In this document: positions 41,193 to 55,135 of the stretch, in pieces
Position numbering within the stretch: the first letter of the stretch is position 1
How the letters are laid out: each line of letters opens with the position of its first letter
Made by a program: the position numbers and the translations under genes
Source of the DNA: Octopus vulgaris
Taxonomy: Eukaryota
Length of the DNA stretch: 64,000 nucleotides
Assembly: GCA_951406725.2 (NCBI GenBank)
Contig: OX597817.1
Location: 142,414,001 to 142,478,000 of the forward strand
Direction of reading: 5' to 3'
The notes under the pieces: model-generated
Seen by the model: only the letters and a program-made list of their open reading frames with translations
The model's database searches: none
What the model was told of the DNA's origin: nothing

Positions 41193-41598
41193 TATGCTTG
41201 TAGGTAGATAGGTACGGTGGTGTAATTACAGTGTGTGCCGACTGGATCCCCCTTTTGTTTTGCTGCCTCCCCTTCCAGGATCCCAACACTTAGACAGGCG
41301 AATACGACAGACCCAAATCAGCCGCTCTCAAAGAAGCATCGTCCGAGGCCGATCGACCGTTCGCCTTCCAAGCCTCGCTGCATATAATTAGGTAGGAGGC
41401 ATAAATAACACATTTTCACTGCATATAGACGCAACCCTCTTTAGTAGAGTTGTTAGAACTTCGCATCCTTTGACTGTTACTTCATAGGGATAGAGAACAT
41501 TAGAAGAAAGACACACAAGCGCATAGAGATATATAGGGAATACAGGAGAGATACAGGACAGATAGGCTTACTTAGAATACAGAGCAGGACATAGACAT

Positions 41599-41826
41599 CA
41601 TTCATTCACTCGATCCTCATTTTGCCTTGTGGCACTCGAGGCCGTAGCAAGATCATTCCATCTTCCAACACTGAACGCGTCCCTGACAGCTTGTTCCATT
41701 GTTAACCTCCTGCTCTTAAGATCTTTCGTTATTGTTCTCTACCACGTTTCCTTTGGTCGGCCACGTTTCCTTTGGTCGGCCACGTTTTCTTTTACCTTGT
41801 GGAACCCATTGCAGAGAGATCCTGAC
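41599..41826 (-). mobile_element. RTE-clade LINE 3' end
   Basis: Minus translation VRISLQWVPQGKRKRGRPKETW...RTITKDLKSRRLTMEQAVRDAFSVGRWNDLATASSATRQNED followed by a (GAAT)n tail; 19-bp tandem duplication CCACGTTTCCTTTGGTCGG. Confidence 0.85.
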
Positions 41827-42744
41827 AATTCAGTTCGGTTTACAGCGACAAAATCGACCCGGCCATTTCCATCTTTTTGCTTCAGTAGTCTCTCTTATTG
41901 GTTTCACAAGCTACAGAAACCATAATATAGACATACATAGGCATTTAGAGTTCAGGACGGGTAGACACACGTATACTTATATAGAACATTAACAGACTCA
42001 TAGATAGATATACAGAGCACAAGAGACACACACACACACATACACGTATGGAATTTAGAGCTGACGGATATATGCGCATATTGAGCAGAGGACGGACATG
42101 ACACGCATATACAAAACATACAGGAGACACATGCATACGCATATCAATACGGAATAGATATATACACCCACATATAGAATACAGAACAACACACATACAC
42201 ATGTCTACACAGCATATAGGAGAGGCATAGACATATAATAACCCGGAGTGGGCACTTATATGCACATATAGACATACATGCACTCTTGCACACACTCATA
42301 TGTACTTGCGAATGATCCACCGGAAGGTGCGTGATCGATGGTGGTGCTAGAAATAGCGATCAAATCTACTTCAGATCACTCCTTACCATCTCGAGAGAAA
42401 AAAAAAAGAGTTGTGGCTTATTAGATAATGCAGTCTTGTATATTAAATAGATGGAAATGACACGGTTGGAACGTCTTTAACCGTATGTCTCCCCTCTGAG
42501 TTGACTTGTGGTCAAAAAGCAACAAAAACAAAAACAACAACAGCAACTACAATAACAATCTCATCTTCCCTTTAGTTCTTGGTGAATCAGTTGACATAAG
42601 TAGTGAAACATGTAAGGACTTAGTCCAATGGCTTTCATCCAGTTTTTACGAATGGACCACTTTGATTCCTGTTATTCATAAGCAGTCAGTGTTTTAAAAA
42701 ATCATAAGCAGTCAGTGTGTTAAAAAATCCTATTATAGCTTTAT

Positions 42745-43046
42745 GTGGAGGCACATGGCCTAGTGGTTAGAGCAGCGGACTCGCGGTCGAAGGATCGCGG
42801 GTTCGAATCTCAGACCGGGCGATGTGTGCGTTTATGAGCGAAATACCTAAGCTCCATGCAGCTCCGGCAGAAGGTAATGGCGAACTTCTGCTGAATCTTT
42901 TGCCACAACTTTCTCTCACTCTTTCCTCCTGCATCTTGCAGCTCACCTACGACGGACCGGCGTCCCGTCCAGGTGGGGAACCTATACACCAAGGAAACCG
43001 GGAAACCGGCCCTATGAGTCAGGCGTGGATTGAGAAGGAACAAACA
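42745..43046 (+). mobile_element. SINE with family B tRNA head and a third tail type
   Basis: GGAGGCACATGGCCTAGTGGTTAGAGCAGCGGACTCGCGGTCGAAGGATCGCGGGTTCGAATCTC, then GACGGACCGGCGTCCCGTCCAGGTGGGG...GAAACCGGGAAACCGGCCC. Confidence 0.85.
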
Positions 43047-43067
43047 TTATATATTTATAGTCAAATA

Positions 43068-43428
43068 CAGTAGAACTCCATTGTACGGGTAATTTGCTGT
43101 TCGAACCGAGACTCGTGCGAATTTGTCTTAAAATACAAGCAGAAATCCGCAGTACGAGCACAAAATAATATAGACACAAACTTGTCTTTAAGGTAATTCA
43201 GTTAATAAAACCAGTTTACATATTTCTTTTGGATTCTCTTTTTATAATTGTCATTTTACTTGTAACTACACCTTTTCTGTTTTAAAACCCATAAAAAGAA
43301 TTTTTGAGTGGAACGGATTAATTATATTTTAGTTAATTTCAATGGGGGAAATAGATTTGTAAAACGAGCAAATCGTAAAACGAGCTCGGTCATAGAATGA
43401 GTTAAACTAGTACTGCGAGATATTACTG
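43068..43428. mobile_element. Tigger/pogo-like MITE
   Basis: TA|CAGTAGAACTC ... GAGATATTACTG|TA; TA target duplication. Confidence 0.7.
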
Positions 43429-43635
43429 TATTATTAGGAATTGTATTAAAAAAGCTGTTAAAATACTTTATGTGTTATGGAAGTATAACCTGCTTATTGC
43501 TCGCAAACTTTAACGAGATCCTTATACAGACCCCCAAGCGTCATATGAACCCTGGCTGAGAACCACTGATTTAGTTCATTCCAGTGTTGTCTTACCGGGG
43601 TGAGTCAATATCACGTTGAATAGTAAACAACCAAC

Positions 43636-43920
43636 GTGAAGGCGCGTGGCTTAGTGGTTAGAGCCAATTCCCGGCGACGCGTTGTGTCCTTGGGCAAGAC
43701 GCGTTTTTTTCACGTTGTTCCAGTCCCCTCAGCTGGCAAAAATGAGTTTTACCTGATATTACAAAGGGCCAGCCTTGTCACGCTGAATTTCCCTGATAAC
43801 TACGTTAAGGATACACGTGTCTGTGGAGTGCTCAGACATTTTCACGTTAATTTCACGAGCAAGCTGTTACGTTGATCGGATCAGCTGGGACCCTCGTCGT
43901 CTTAACCGATGGACTGCTCC
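43636..43920 (+). mobile_element. SINE with CORE-like head and family B tail
   Basis: GGCGCGTGGCTTAGTGGTTAGAG...GTTGTGTCCTTGGGCAAGAC joined to AAAGGGCCAGCCTTGTCAC...GATCGGATCAGCTGGGACCCTCGTCGTC. Confidence 0.8.
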
Positions 43921-44614
43921 TGTTAGACGACCAGCCAGAAGCTCGCCGGTTCGAATACTATCATTAGCTTTGACATTATGCTTGCAATCAAAATATATAC
44001 TTTACCCATCGTCCTGTGCAACTAGATGGAATTTAGTGGTAGCAACAACTTACTAGTAAGGAAAATGTATTAGTAAGTTGTAGAAACACTTTGGTATTAA
44101 TGGAGAGGGAGCAATTCGGTGCCAGCGTGGGTGTCAATATTTTGGTACAAACGAATAGGAGCGATTTGATAATAAGGGATAGGAAAAATTGACTGGTCAA
44201 TTAATTTGTCAGTTTGCAGTGGTGAGTTAGACCAATTCTCTGATGTTACATTTCAAAAGAGTCAATGAAAATACATTCTACAAAAACCGATAAGTCAAAA
44301 GGAGAGTTTCAGCGAGGACCCAGAACTCTCAGCATGCTAGACAGAGCAGCCAATTGTCCATCAGAACTTACTATATTGAGAAAAGATGCAGCAGATAATG
44401 TAGTCCTAGATATGATGTAGGCCTAGATCATCCGATGTTTAAATAAAATAAAATATGGAATGGTCGAAGCTGCAATTCTTTGTTCATAGATTTCTTCAAG
44501 TATGGCAGACTTGGGTTCAAAGAATAACCTTCGCTTCGAGTTTTCAAGATAGCGTTTCTATGACGCAACGAATTAAGAAAAACGTAATCCACTGGACATT
44601 ACTGTATGAAGTTC

Positions 44615-44847
44615 TAGGATTCAAAGGGCCGTTGTTCGGTTCCCATGGCGTGTAAGTGACCGATATATCACAACTTGGCCCTAAACGGGACTCTAGCTAG
44701 TTGCAGCCTTACTCATTTGCAACTGAGGGGATTACAGCAACAGGAAATGAAGTGTTTTGCTCAAGAACACAACGCAAAGCCCAATCCGGGAATCGAAACC
44801 ACGATCTTCGGACCTTGAGATCAACACCCTAACCATTAGACCGCGCA
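44615..44847 (-). mobile_element. old CORE-like tRNA SINE
   Basis: Minus GCGCGGTCTAATGGTTAGGGTGTTG...GATCGTGGTTTCGATTCCCGGA...GTTGTGTTCTTGAGCAAAACACTTCATTTC. Confidence 0.7.
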
Positions 44848-45061
44848 AATTCGTAAACATTCGCTATAAACGGTGTCTACCGGTCAGAACATAAACAAGC
44901 TATTTTTTTTTTTTTAGTGAATTGAAACACTATATCCAATGCATTAAACTTGGCTGTTATGGCAAGAAGCTTGCCTCCAAACCACGTGATTTTGGGTTCA
45001 GTCCAGCTGCATGATACCTTAGGCCAACCAGCGCTTTGTGAGTGGATTTGATGGACAAAAG

Positions 45062-45415
45062 TGCAGGTATTGTTTTCAGTCGTGTTTGTTTGTTTGTTTG
45101 TTGGTGGACAAGATATCTCAAGAACCGCTTGATGGATTTGGATGAAACTTTCAGGGATGTTTAGCCTCGTGACTGACACGAACTAATTACATTTTGGGAT
45201 CGAACCGGTACCGGAAAAGGATTCTGGATTATAGTTCCTGTTTTTTTTTTTACTTAATTTTTGAGAGCGGGCAGGTTCGTTTTTAGTATTCCCGTTTGTG
45301 AGAGCAGGCGAGTTTATTTCAGATATTCTCATTTTAAAAATCATCTCCAGCTAATAGTTGAGAGCACGTTGGTGTTTGCCTTGGAGGAGGTTTGCGCTCT
45401 CTGAGTGGTCTTGTT
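45062..45415 (+). mobile_element. Helentron-associated non-autonomous element (HINE/DINE-1-like)
   Basis: AGGTATTGTTTTCAGTCG(TGTT)n...GATATCTCAAGAACC...GATGGATTTGGATGAAACTTT; ends GCCTTGGAGGAGGTTTGCGCTCTCTGAGTGGTCTTGTT (subterminal IR + hairpin). Confidence 0.7.
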
Positions 45416-45511
45416 ATTATTGCTATGTACACCACAATTCATTAATTAATCATCACCATTACGTATAATTGCTTCATTTTACATCCAATCTAAATTACGA
45501 AACATATATAA

Positions 45512-45952
<441 letters not shown>

Positions 45953-46159
45953 AAAGTAAAAAAATATACAAACTGGGACAAGAACGTGAAACATTTAGAA
46001 GACGACACAAAAAACACAGACGAAGCCCTCAATCATCAGTCAAGAACTGGATCATCTTCGCAATTTCGGCTGATTAATCTTGAGATTGCTCTACAAGCAT
46101 ATATATAGAAATATACATATTTACATATATATGTATATAACTATATATATATCTATCTA

Positions 46160-46235
<76 letters not shown>

Positions 46236-46460
46236 TGTGCATATAAGTGTGTGTGCCATTCTGTCTGTGCTTGGTCCCACCACCACTGCTTGACAACAGT
46301 TGCATGTGTGTTTCCATGTTGGTGCTCAAGCGGTTCAGCAAAAGTGATCGCTAGAAGTACTGCGGTCGAATCATTTGAACAAAAAAAAAAAATTCAAAGC
46401 GGTGCTCCAGCATGGTCGCAGTCTAATGCCTGAAGCAAATATAAGAAAAACTGTATCGGA

Positions 46461-46531
<71 letters not shown>

Positions 46532-46920
46532 TGTATGTGTGTGTTAGCATTGCCTTGAACGACGCTGAAACTGACGGAGAAAAAGTTATGTTCGGCTTCT
46601 CAATAGTTTTCTATCGTCTCAGATACCAAGTTACAGCCAGAGAACAGCGCTTCGTGGTTCACTAATCAGTATGAATATACGTGGTGGTCTGTAGGAGGAG
46701 TGAAATGTTTGTCCGACGAGTAATGCTGTTTAGTCTCTTCCTCACATACGAGCGGCATACATACATACATAGGAAATCTGTGCGTATATACATGAGTGTG
46801 GATATATACATATATATATATATATATATGTGTGTATGTGTGTGTGTGTGTCTATACATATATATGTCTCTCTCTCTATATGTCTATATATATATATATA
46901 TATGTATGTATATATATGTA

Positions 46921-46999
<79 letters not shown>

Positions 47000-47131
47000 G
47001 TCTATATATATATATATACACATATATATACATACATATATATATATACATATATATATATATACAAACATGTATATATTATTTTAACTCATGTCCATTG
47101 TCCGAAAATCTGTCGTCACATATCTGTGACA

Positions 47132-47186
<55 letters not shown>

Positions 47187-47215
47187 TATGTGTATATACA
47201 TGTGTAAGCATATAC

Positions 47216-47259
<44 letters not shown>

Positions 47260-47500
47260 ATGTATATGGATATATGCACGTATACATATATGTATATGTA
47301 AATGTTTGTGTGAGTGTGTGTGTGCACGCGGCTGTGTATGTGTGTGTGTGTGTGTGTTTGTGTCACGCACAAAACAACGTATATTCATAATCGACTGTAG
47401 TTTTTTGTTGCCGTTGTTGTTATTGTCGTTTAACTTCCGGTCAGTTTAATCAAGTGGGCCTTGTATGAAAGGCAATCGAACCGTAATCATCTCGTCTATT

Positions 47501-47749
47501 GGACCCTAAATAAGGCAAGTGTAAAATTTGAATGAAATTGGTTGTGTTGTTCTCAAGTTTTAGGGAATCGTAGCGGAGAAGAAATGATATTGCTGTGGGC
47601 TCGCCCTAGGCAAAAAGTTAAAAAAGATTTTTGGCCGATGACACTCCCCGGACCCTAAGTAAGGCATATGTAAAATTTGAATGAAGTTGGTTGTGTAGTT
47701 CTCAAGTTTTAGGGAAACACACAGAAACACTCAGTTTTATATAGAGAGA
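47501..47749 (-). mobile_element. Helitron-like 5' fragment with an internal tandem repeat
   Basis: Minus starts A|TCTCTCTATATAAAACTGAGTG; GGACCCTAA.TAAGGCA..TGTAAAATTTGAATGAA.TTGGTTGTGT.GTTCTCAAGTTTTAGGGAA occurs at 47501 and 47650. Confidence 0.6.
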
Positions 47750-47759
47750 TATATATCGT

Positions 47760-48102
47760 GGCACCCCGTCTCTTACGACGACAAGGATTCCAGTTGATCC
47801 AATCAACGGAACAGCCTGCTCGTGAGAATAACGTGCAAGTGGCTGAGCATTCCATAGATACGTATACCCTTAACGTAGTTCTCGGAGAGATTCAGCATGA
47901 TAGAGCGGGACAAGGCTGGCCCCTTTGAAATACAGGTACAACAGAAACAGGAAGAAAGAGTGAGAGAAAGTTGTAGTGAAAGAGTTTCAGCAGGGCTCGC
48001 CAGCAACCCCTGCCGGAGCATCGTGGAACTTTAAATGTTTTCGCTCAATAAACACTCACGATGCCCGGTCTGGGAATCGAAACCCCGATCCTGCGACTGC
48101 GA
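47760..48102 (-). mobile_element. SINE family B (5'-truncated)
   Basis: Aligns with 552-925. Confidence 0.88.
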
Positions 48103-48285
48103 ATATAAATGTATTATATTAGTGAAAGGTGATAAAATGGGAAACAAGCTGATAGAATCGTTGCAACGTCGGACAAAATACTCAGTAGCTATCTCCTGGT
48201 TCTTTACGTTCAGAGTTCAAATCCCGCCGAGGTCGGCGTTGCCTTCCATTTTTTCGAAAACAAACGATAAAATAAGTACCAGTAG

Positions 48286-48462
48286 TCTTTTACTTATTTC
48301 AATCATTTGACTGCGGCCATGTTGGAGCACCGCCTTTAGTCGAATAAACCGACTCCAGGAGTTATTCCTTGTAAGCCTAGTACTTATTCTACCGTCACTT
48401 TTTACGGTGACGTAAACTCAACAACATCGATTGCCAAGCGATAGTCGTGAGGACAACCACAG

Positions 48463-48549
<87 letters not shown>

Positions 48550-48705
48550 CGATGGGCTTCTTCCAGTTTCTGTCAACCAAATCCATTCACAAGGCTTTGG
48601 TCAGTCCGAGGCTACAGTAGAAGACACCTGCCCAATGTACCACGCAGTAGGACTGAACTCGGAACCATCTGGTTGGGAAGCAAGCTTCTTATCACACATC
48701 CACGC
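48286..48705 (-). mobile_element. SINE family A
   Basis: Head, (TA)(TG)n and tail as in the other copies; flanked by degraded family C pieces (48130-48285, 48810-49190). Confidence 0.88.
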
Positions 48706-49392
48706 TGTGAAATTGATGATATCGACTCGCCTCTTCCTTTCAAAAGTCGCTGGCTTTGTGCCAAATTTAGAAAGTATTATTTGAAGAAAAAGAAAAAAAT
48801 GTCGACGAGATTGCAAAATCGTAACAGTACTGGTTTTTCTTCGAGTTTAAAATCTCGTTGAGGTCAATTTTGGTTTCATTCTTCCGGGGTCAATAAAATA
48901 AAGTGGCACCTTAGTACTGAGATCCATATATTCGATTAAGCCACTTCCCTTAAAATTGCTGGTGATGTGCCAAAATTTAGAAGAATTATTTAAATTAAAA
49001 GAAGGCAGCGAACTGGCAGAATTGTTGAGAGTGTGGAAGAACGTGCTATGCGATATTTTTCTGATTTTTTTCTTTATTCTTCATTGTTACATTGTAAGTT
49101 CAAATTCTGCAGAGTACCAATGAATTACTAGGGTCAATGTACTTGGCTAACCCGACCCGTCTAAAACTATTGTTTTTGCGTCAAACTTTGAAAAAGTTAA
49201 TATAAACAGAAACAAAATCTTCGTTATTAGAAAATCGAATTTTAGTACACAATACAAACAATGTTTCATTAAGAAAAGTGACTAATTGAACTAATAAAGC
49301 AATAACTGAAAGTCCAGTGTTGAAAAGTTAGGCCCGAGGTCACTTATACAATTGGTCAATTATTCAGGACGGTATTTCTGTGTATGCGTACG

Positions 49393-49458
<66 letters not shown>

Positions 49459-49621
49459 CATGTATTATGTGTGCGTGCGTGCATGTGTGTGTGTGTGTGT
49501 ATGTGTGTGAATGCGTGCATGTTTGTGTGTATATGTGTGTGTATGCGCATACGTACGTTTGTGTGTATGTATTAGTGCGTGCAAGTGTGTGCGTATGTGC
49601 GTGTGTGTGTATATGTATGTA

Positions 49622-49658
<37 letters not shown>

Positions 49659-49716
49659 GGAGGTCGAGACCCTGCATGAGTGTAATTACTCTTTAATAAA
49701 TATACCGTTTCTAGCT

Positions 49717-51665
49717 GTATATGGATGTGGACAGGGTGACAGAACGATTAAAAAAAATAAATAAAGAGGTCTAACTCTGGTAAGAAATGGCAGTTAACAG
49801 TTTTGAAATATGGATGCTGCGACGGGACACTATATCATTGAAACTTCACTATTGAATACAGGCATGGCTTGCATGACAGGACACCATAATAGACGAACGT
49901 CGCTGCTTTACAATAGTGCTACTGTAAATATTTATTAAATATGGATGATTCAACGGGACACCATACCATTGTAGTGTTACTATTGTATGCAGACATGGCT
50001 AAGGTGACGGGACCTTATGCAGATGTAGTGTTCCCACTGTTGCTTCGTAGAATCATATCTAAAATATGGAGGTGGTGAAGGGACACGACAGTAAAGGATC
50101 TGCCTGCTATGAAATGGTAATGTTAATGTTAGCAGTGTTTAAATATGGATGGCGCGACGGGACACTATATGAGTGTAGTTTCCCTATTATGGGACGATAG
50201 TTTTGCAACAAGCCACATACAGATAATAGGGTGACATGATATTAATTCAAGGTAGTTTTCTTGCAACATGACGATTGTGTTAGAGTTAGCTGTGCACAGT
50301 TACGGATGTAGCTACGGGATATTGCGTGAGTATTATTTACCTGATACAACACCGTTGTATTACAGCTTTCTATGAACAGATATGCATGGATGACAGGACA
50401 CCACAAAAAAGGAGTTGCTTGCTATGCAAAAGTGGCGTTACAGTTAGTAGTGTTTAAGTATGGATGGTTCGAAGGGACACTCTATGAGTGTCGGTTAATG
50501 ACAGAATTACTTCTAGTTGTGTACAGATATAGAAATTAACAAGGGGACAGAACATGAGTGTAAAATCCCTTGTTGGAGATACAAAAGTGGCGTTACATTA
50601 AGACGTATACAGTTATAGATACGGAGAAAGGATATAATACGAATATAGCTTCTCTACTACACGATATTAATTTCAAAACTGTACAGATCTGAATGGGATG
50701 TCCCGTCACGCCTTCCATATGCAATAGCAGTGTAAAAGTATGGATGGGATGACGGAAAGCTTCATTACAGTTTCCTTAATTCGACATGGATTCTCTTTTT
50801 TACAATAGTAGTGTTACTTTAAGATGTACTGCAACCATGGGTGGTGCGATGAGGTACTAACTTAGAAGCGCATGCGTGACCACGTGGTTTGGGGTTCAGT
50901 CCCACTGCGCAGCACATTGGGCAAGGGTCTTTTGCTATATCTCCGGACCGATCGATGAGTTGTGAGTGGATTTGGTAGGTGGAAACTGTGTGGAAGCCTG
51001 GCGTATATGTATGTGTGCGTGTGTCTGTATGAACGTGTGTGTGTGTGTGCCTGCGTGTGCGTGTGCGTGTATGTGTGTGTGCGTGTGTGTGTGTGTGTAT
51101 ATGTGTGTGTGCGCGTGCCAGTGTGTATGAGGGCATGTATGAGCGTATGTGTGTGTATGTGAGCGTGTGTGTGTATGTGTGTGTGTGTATGTGTGTATGA
51201 GCGTGTGTGTGTGTGTGTGCGCGCGGTTATTTGTCTCCATTTGTGTTTGCATTTTCCACTTTTGATTTGTTTACATCTCCATAACATAGCGGTTCGGCAA
51301 AAGAAAGCCGATAGAATAAGCACAAAAAAACAGAGATGAGATGAAATAAGTAGAGGAGTCGATTTGTTCGACTAAAATCACTCTAGGCGGTGCTCCAGCA
51401 TGGCCGCAGTCCATTGACTGAAACAAATAAACGACAGAATGCAAAGCACAAAGCTCCGATTGGCGGCGGGGAAAACGGTGACGTTAGCTGAGAGTAAATA
51501 CGGATGGTGACACTGTATAAATGTAGTTACTCAACCAACCATACGAGGTTAGTATTACAATTTAACTGTACACATAGGCTGACAAGGCGCCGCTTCGGCG
51601 TAGTTTCGCATCTATTTAATGGTTGAGTTAGGTATGGATGGTGCTAAGGGTCACTAGATTATAGA
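49717..51665 (+). repeat. diverged tandem array with conserved core ATATGGATGGNGYGACGGGACAC (spacing mostly ~70-85 bp), interrupted by a SINE
   Basis: Core copies near 49719, 49808, 49862, 49939, 49992, 50064, 50143, 50222, 50299, 50379, 50458, 50526, 50612, 50738, 51497 and 51632; inverted copy at 50700-50720. Confidence 0.75.
50880..51435 (+). mobile_element. SINE family A with expanded internal TG tract
   Basis: GGGTTCAGTCCCACTGCGCAGCACATTGGGCAAG...GGCGGTGCTCCAGCATGGCCGCAGTCCATTGACTGAAAC. Confidence 0.85.
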
Positions 51666-53034
51666 CGTTCCCTTGGCAATGCTTCAGTTAGCTGTGCTAT
51701 AGATATTAGACTCGAAATAAAGTCGGGTATCCTGGGTATTGCGTAGATCTAGTTGTTGCACTCGTTATTAGTCTCCATGAGGGAAGCTTCGCAAAGAAAT
51801 GAAAGCGGAATGCTTAAGATGGTGTTGATGTTGTTGTTCTTTGTGGTGGTGGTGGTGGTGGTGGTGGTGGTGGCGGCGGCAGTGGCGATGGTCGTGGTCG
51901 TGGTGGCGGTGGTGTTGATAGTGGTGCTGATGATAAATATCATGGTGGTGGTGGTGGTGGCGGCGTCTAATCCGATAATCGCATTGCGGTGCTAGATCAC
52001 TGATAATCTCCTGCTAATCTCAATAAGTTGCGGAATAGTCTTTCTCCTTTTCAATCTCTCTGTCCCTTACACGTTCACAACAGGTTATGTATAACCCCGG
52101 CACTGCAAGCTCATGAAATGCTTCCCATATTTATAGCCCCTTGTCCCTCCCTCTGTCTAGAACATCCAACCATGCCCCTCTTTGCTCTACCTACAGCAAT
52201 GTGTATTTAGTTGCTTGACATAAATGTTTTCATGAAGAGGACACAATTTCTGTGACAGGACGCGAACACCGGACCACAGGAATGGTTACTCATTGATTGT
52301 TGTTGTTGTTTAACCCCAAGTCAAGCCTGATCGACCAGATTTATGATCAAAGGCATTCAAACTTTAACTGTTTATCTTATTTACAGGAGCAGTGTGTCGC
52401 GAACTACATCATCTAAAAAATTCGTTTTGAGATCATAGATTGTTTGCAACTTAACTGCTATTTCTAGGAAACTGAGCGCTCACGTAAATGACTCTCCGTT
52501 CATTGGTTTCTCTGATTAGCTGTAAACAACTTAAATATCTTTCATTCTATGTCCGTTCGCGATATAAAGAATTTATCAATCGTTCTATGTCCATTCATTT
52601 TTATTTAAGTATAAATCATTCAATGTTTATTAGTTTTATAAACAACTTCAACAGCCATTTTACATTTATTCGCTATATAAAAACTTTGATGTCGTCATTC
52701 GCGGTATATTCGCTATGAAAACAACTTAAATACACGCTATTCGAATTTATTCGCTATAAAAATAGTTAAGCATTAGTCACTCCCTCCATATTTTCACTAC
52801 ATAAATAGTTAGTTATGAGTCACTCGACGCAGATTCGTTCTATAAATATGTATGTATTAGTCATTCTCAGAATATCTCGTGGTTCTCAACCGTTTTTCCC
52901 CATGGAACACGCTTTGGTTCCCCTTTTACTCTACTTGACCCCTACCCCGACCCCACGCCATAGCCCATTCGATTCTTTAAAAAGTCTGATTATATTTTTT
53001 CATACCATTCTATATTTTAGAGGTGAGGCATTCT

Positions 53035-53810
<776 letters not shown>

Positions 53811-54043
53811 TTTCATAATTAAATATTATTAGAAAATATGCCCTCTCCCCCCCGGCCATATGGATCCCGGTTCAAATCCACTGTGCTAGGTAAATATTTT
53901 GACATGAAACTGGACATATGTCACGTGATACAAAGACATCCTCTTCAAGAGATATTTTGAAAACTCTATATAAGCTACAACGTTCACATTCTCTTCTTTC
54001 CCTGACGACTAAATTTTCAAACTTACGCAAACTTATCTAATAT

Positions 54044-54216
54044 TGTAATAAAGATTGCTTGCTAACATAACATGGCAGTCCTGGTTTAGGACGAATATAA
54101 CGACACAGATCGTGTCGTATAGCCAGCTGGAGACAATGTCTCCTGGGGCTGAATTACTGCAACATCCGTCCTAAACCAGAACTGCCATGTTACATTGGCA
54201 AACAATCTTTGCTACA
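54044..54216. mobile_element. fold-back MITE-like element with ~50-bp TIRs
   Basis: 54044-54093 pairs with 54167-54216 (AAAGATTG.TTGC.AA..TAACATGGCAGT.CTGGTTTAGGACG); two internal hairpins. Confidence 0.7.
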
Positions 54217-54856
54217 GAGAACTGTTGCTGAATATCTCACATTGTGAGATTTAAAAATAGTAATTTTCTAATATCCAATATTGTTGCTTCAACCTAAATC
54301 AGCTGTGAAAGACAACACTTTTGAGTAAAAGCGTTCCAGCGGTGACTATCCAACAGTTTTTTTTTATCCATAAGGTGGCAGAATGTTATAAGATGGAGAT
54401 TTATCTTCTGTTTCCAGCAAGTCATACACTGACTCATTCTATTTAATGTTTCAAGTACGGAATACTGTATTGATCAAATGAATTTCGATGAACGCCATTT
54501 TGCCAGCCCTTCTGTGATAAAACTAACGCACACCAAGTATGGTGGTTCTAATATTTTCATTATATTTTAGTTTCGACTTACGTCGTTTTCAGGCTTGAAA
54601 TAGGACCGCATATACAACCTCTTATCATTATATTCTCTCTAATGCTGATGTTATCTATTTGTATAAAAAATGAAACTGTTGAAATAATAAAAAAAAAAAA
54701 GTTTGATAAGTATTAATCCTAAATTCTCCGAAATGTCAATGCTTCTTTTCAGAATATTAGTCAGGTTATGTATTATATGTTCCGAGTAACATAAAGCAAT
54801 CCTTTCATAAGGCCCAAGATTAGTGTTTACAAAAACTGGGTGTTCATATCATATAT

Positions 54857-55020
54857 AGGCGCAGGAGCGGCTGTGTGGTAAGTAGCTTGCTTACCAACCA
54901 CATGGTTCTGGGTTCAGTCCCACTGCGTGGCACCTTGGGCAAGTGTCTTCTACTATAGCCTCGGGCCGACCAAGGCTTTGTGAGTGGATTTGGTAGACGG
55001 AAACTGAAAGAAGCCCGTCG

Positions 55021-55063
<43 letters not shown>

Positions 55064-55135
55064 ATGTGTGTGTGTATGTGTGTGTGTGTGTGCGTATGTA
55101 TGTATGTATGTATGTATGTATGTATGTATGTATAT
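54857..55135 (+). mobile_element. SINE family A, 5' half ending in the internal microsatellite
   Basis: AGGCGCAGGAGCGGCTGTGTGGTAAGTAGCTTGCTTACCAACCACATGG...GAAAGAAGCCCGTCG(TA)n(TG)n. Confidence 0.9.

Larger units (their letters stand above)
42626..43568. mobile_element. hAT-like MITE hosting a SINE and a Tigger-like MITE
   Basis: Ends CAATGGCTTTCATCC / GGCTGAGAACCACTG; flanks ACTTAGTC / ATTTAGTT (6/8 match, hAT-size TSD). Confidence 0.55.

Noticed and set aside
42747-42820. tRNA gene
   Set aside because: The tRNA-like sequence continues directly into a SINE body and lacks a proper acceptor stem; the same applies to the other SINE heads.
49717-50760. CRISPR array or coding repeat (YGCCDGTLY / MDGATGHY)
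   Set aside because: Repeats are degenerate, spacers are related to each other, and there are no cas genes. Reading frames are broken by stops and non-triplet spacing.
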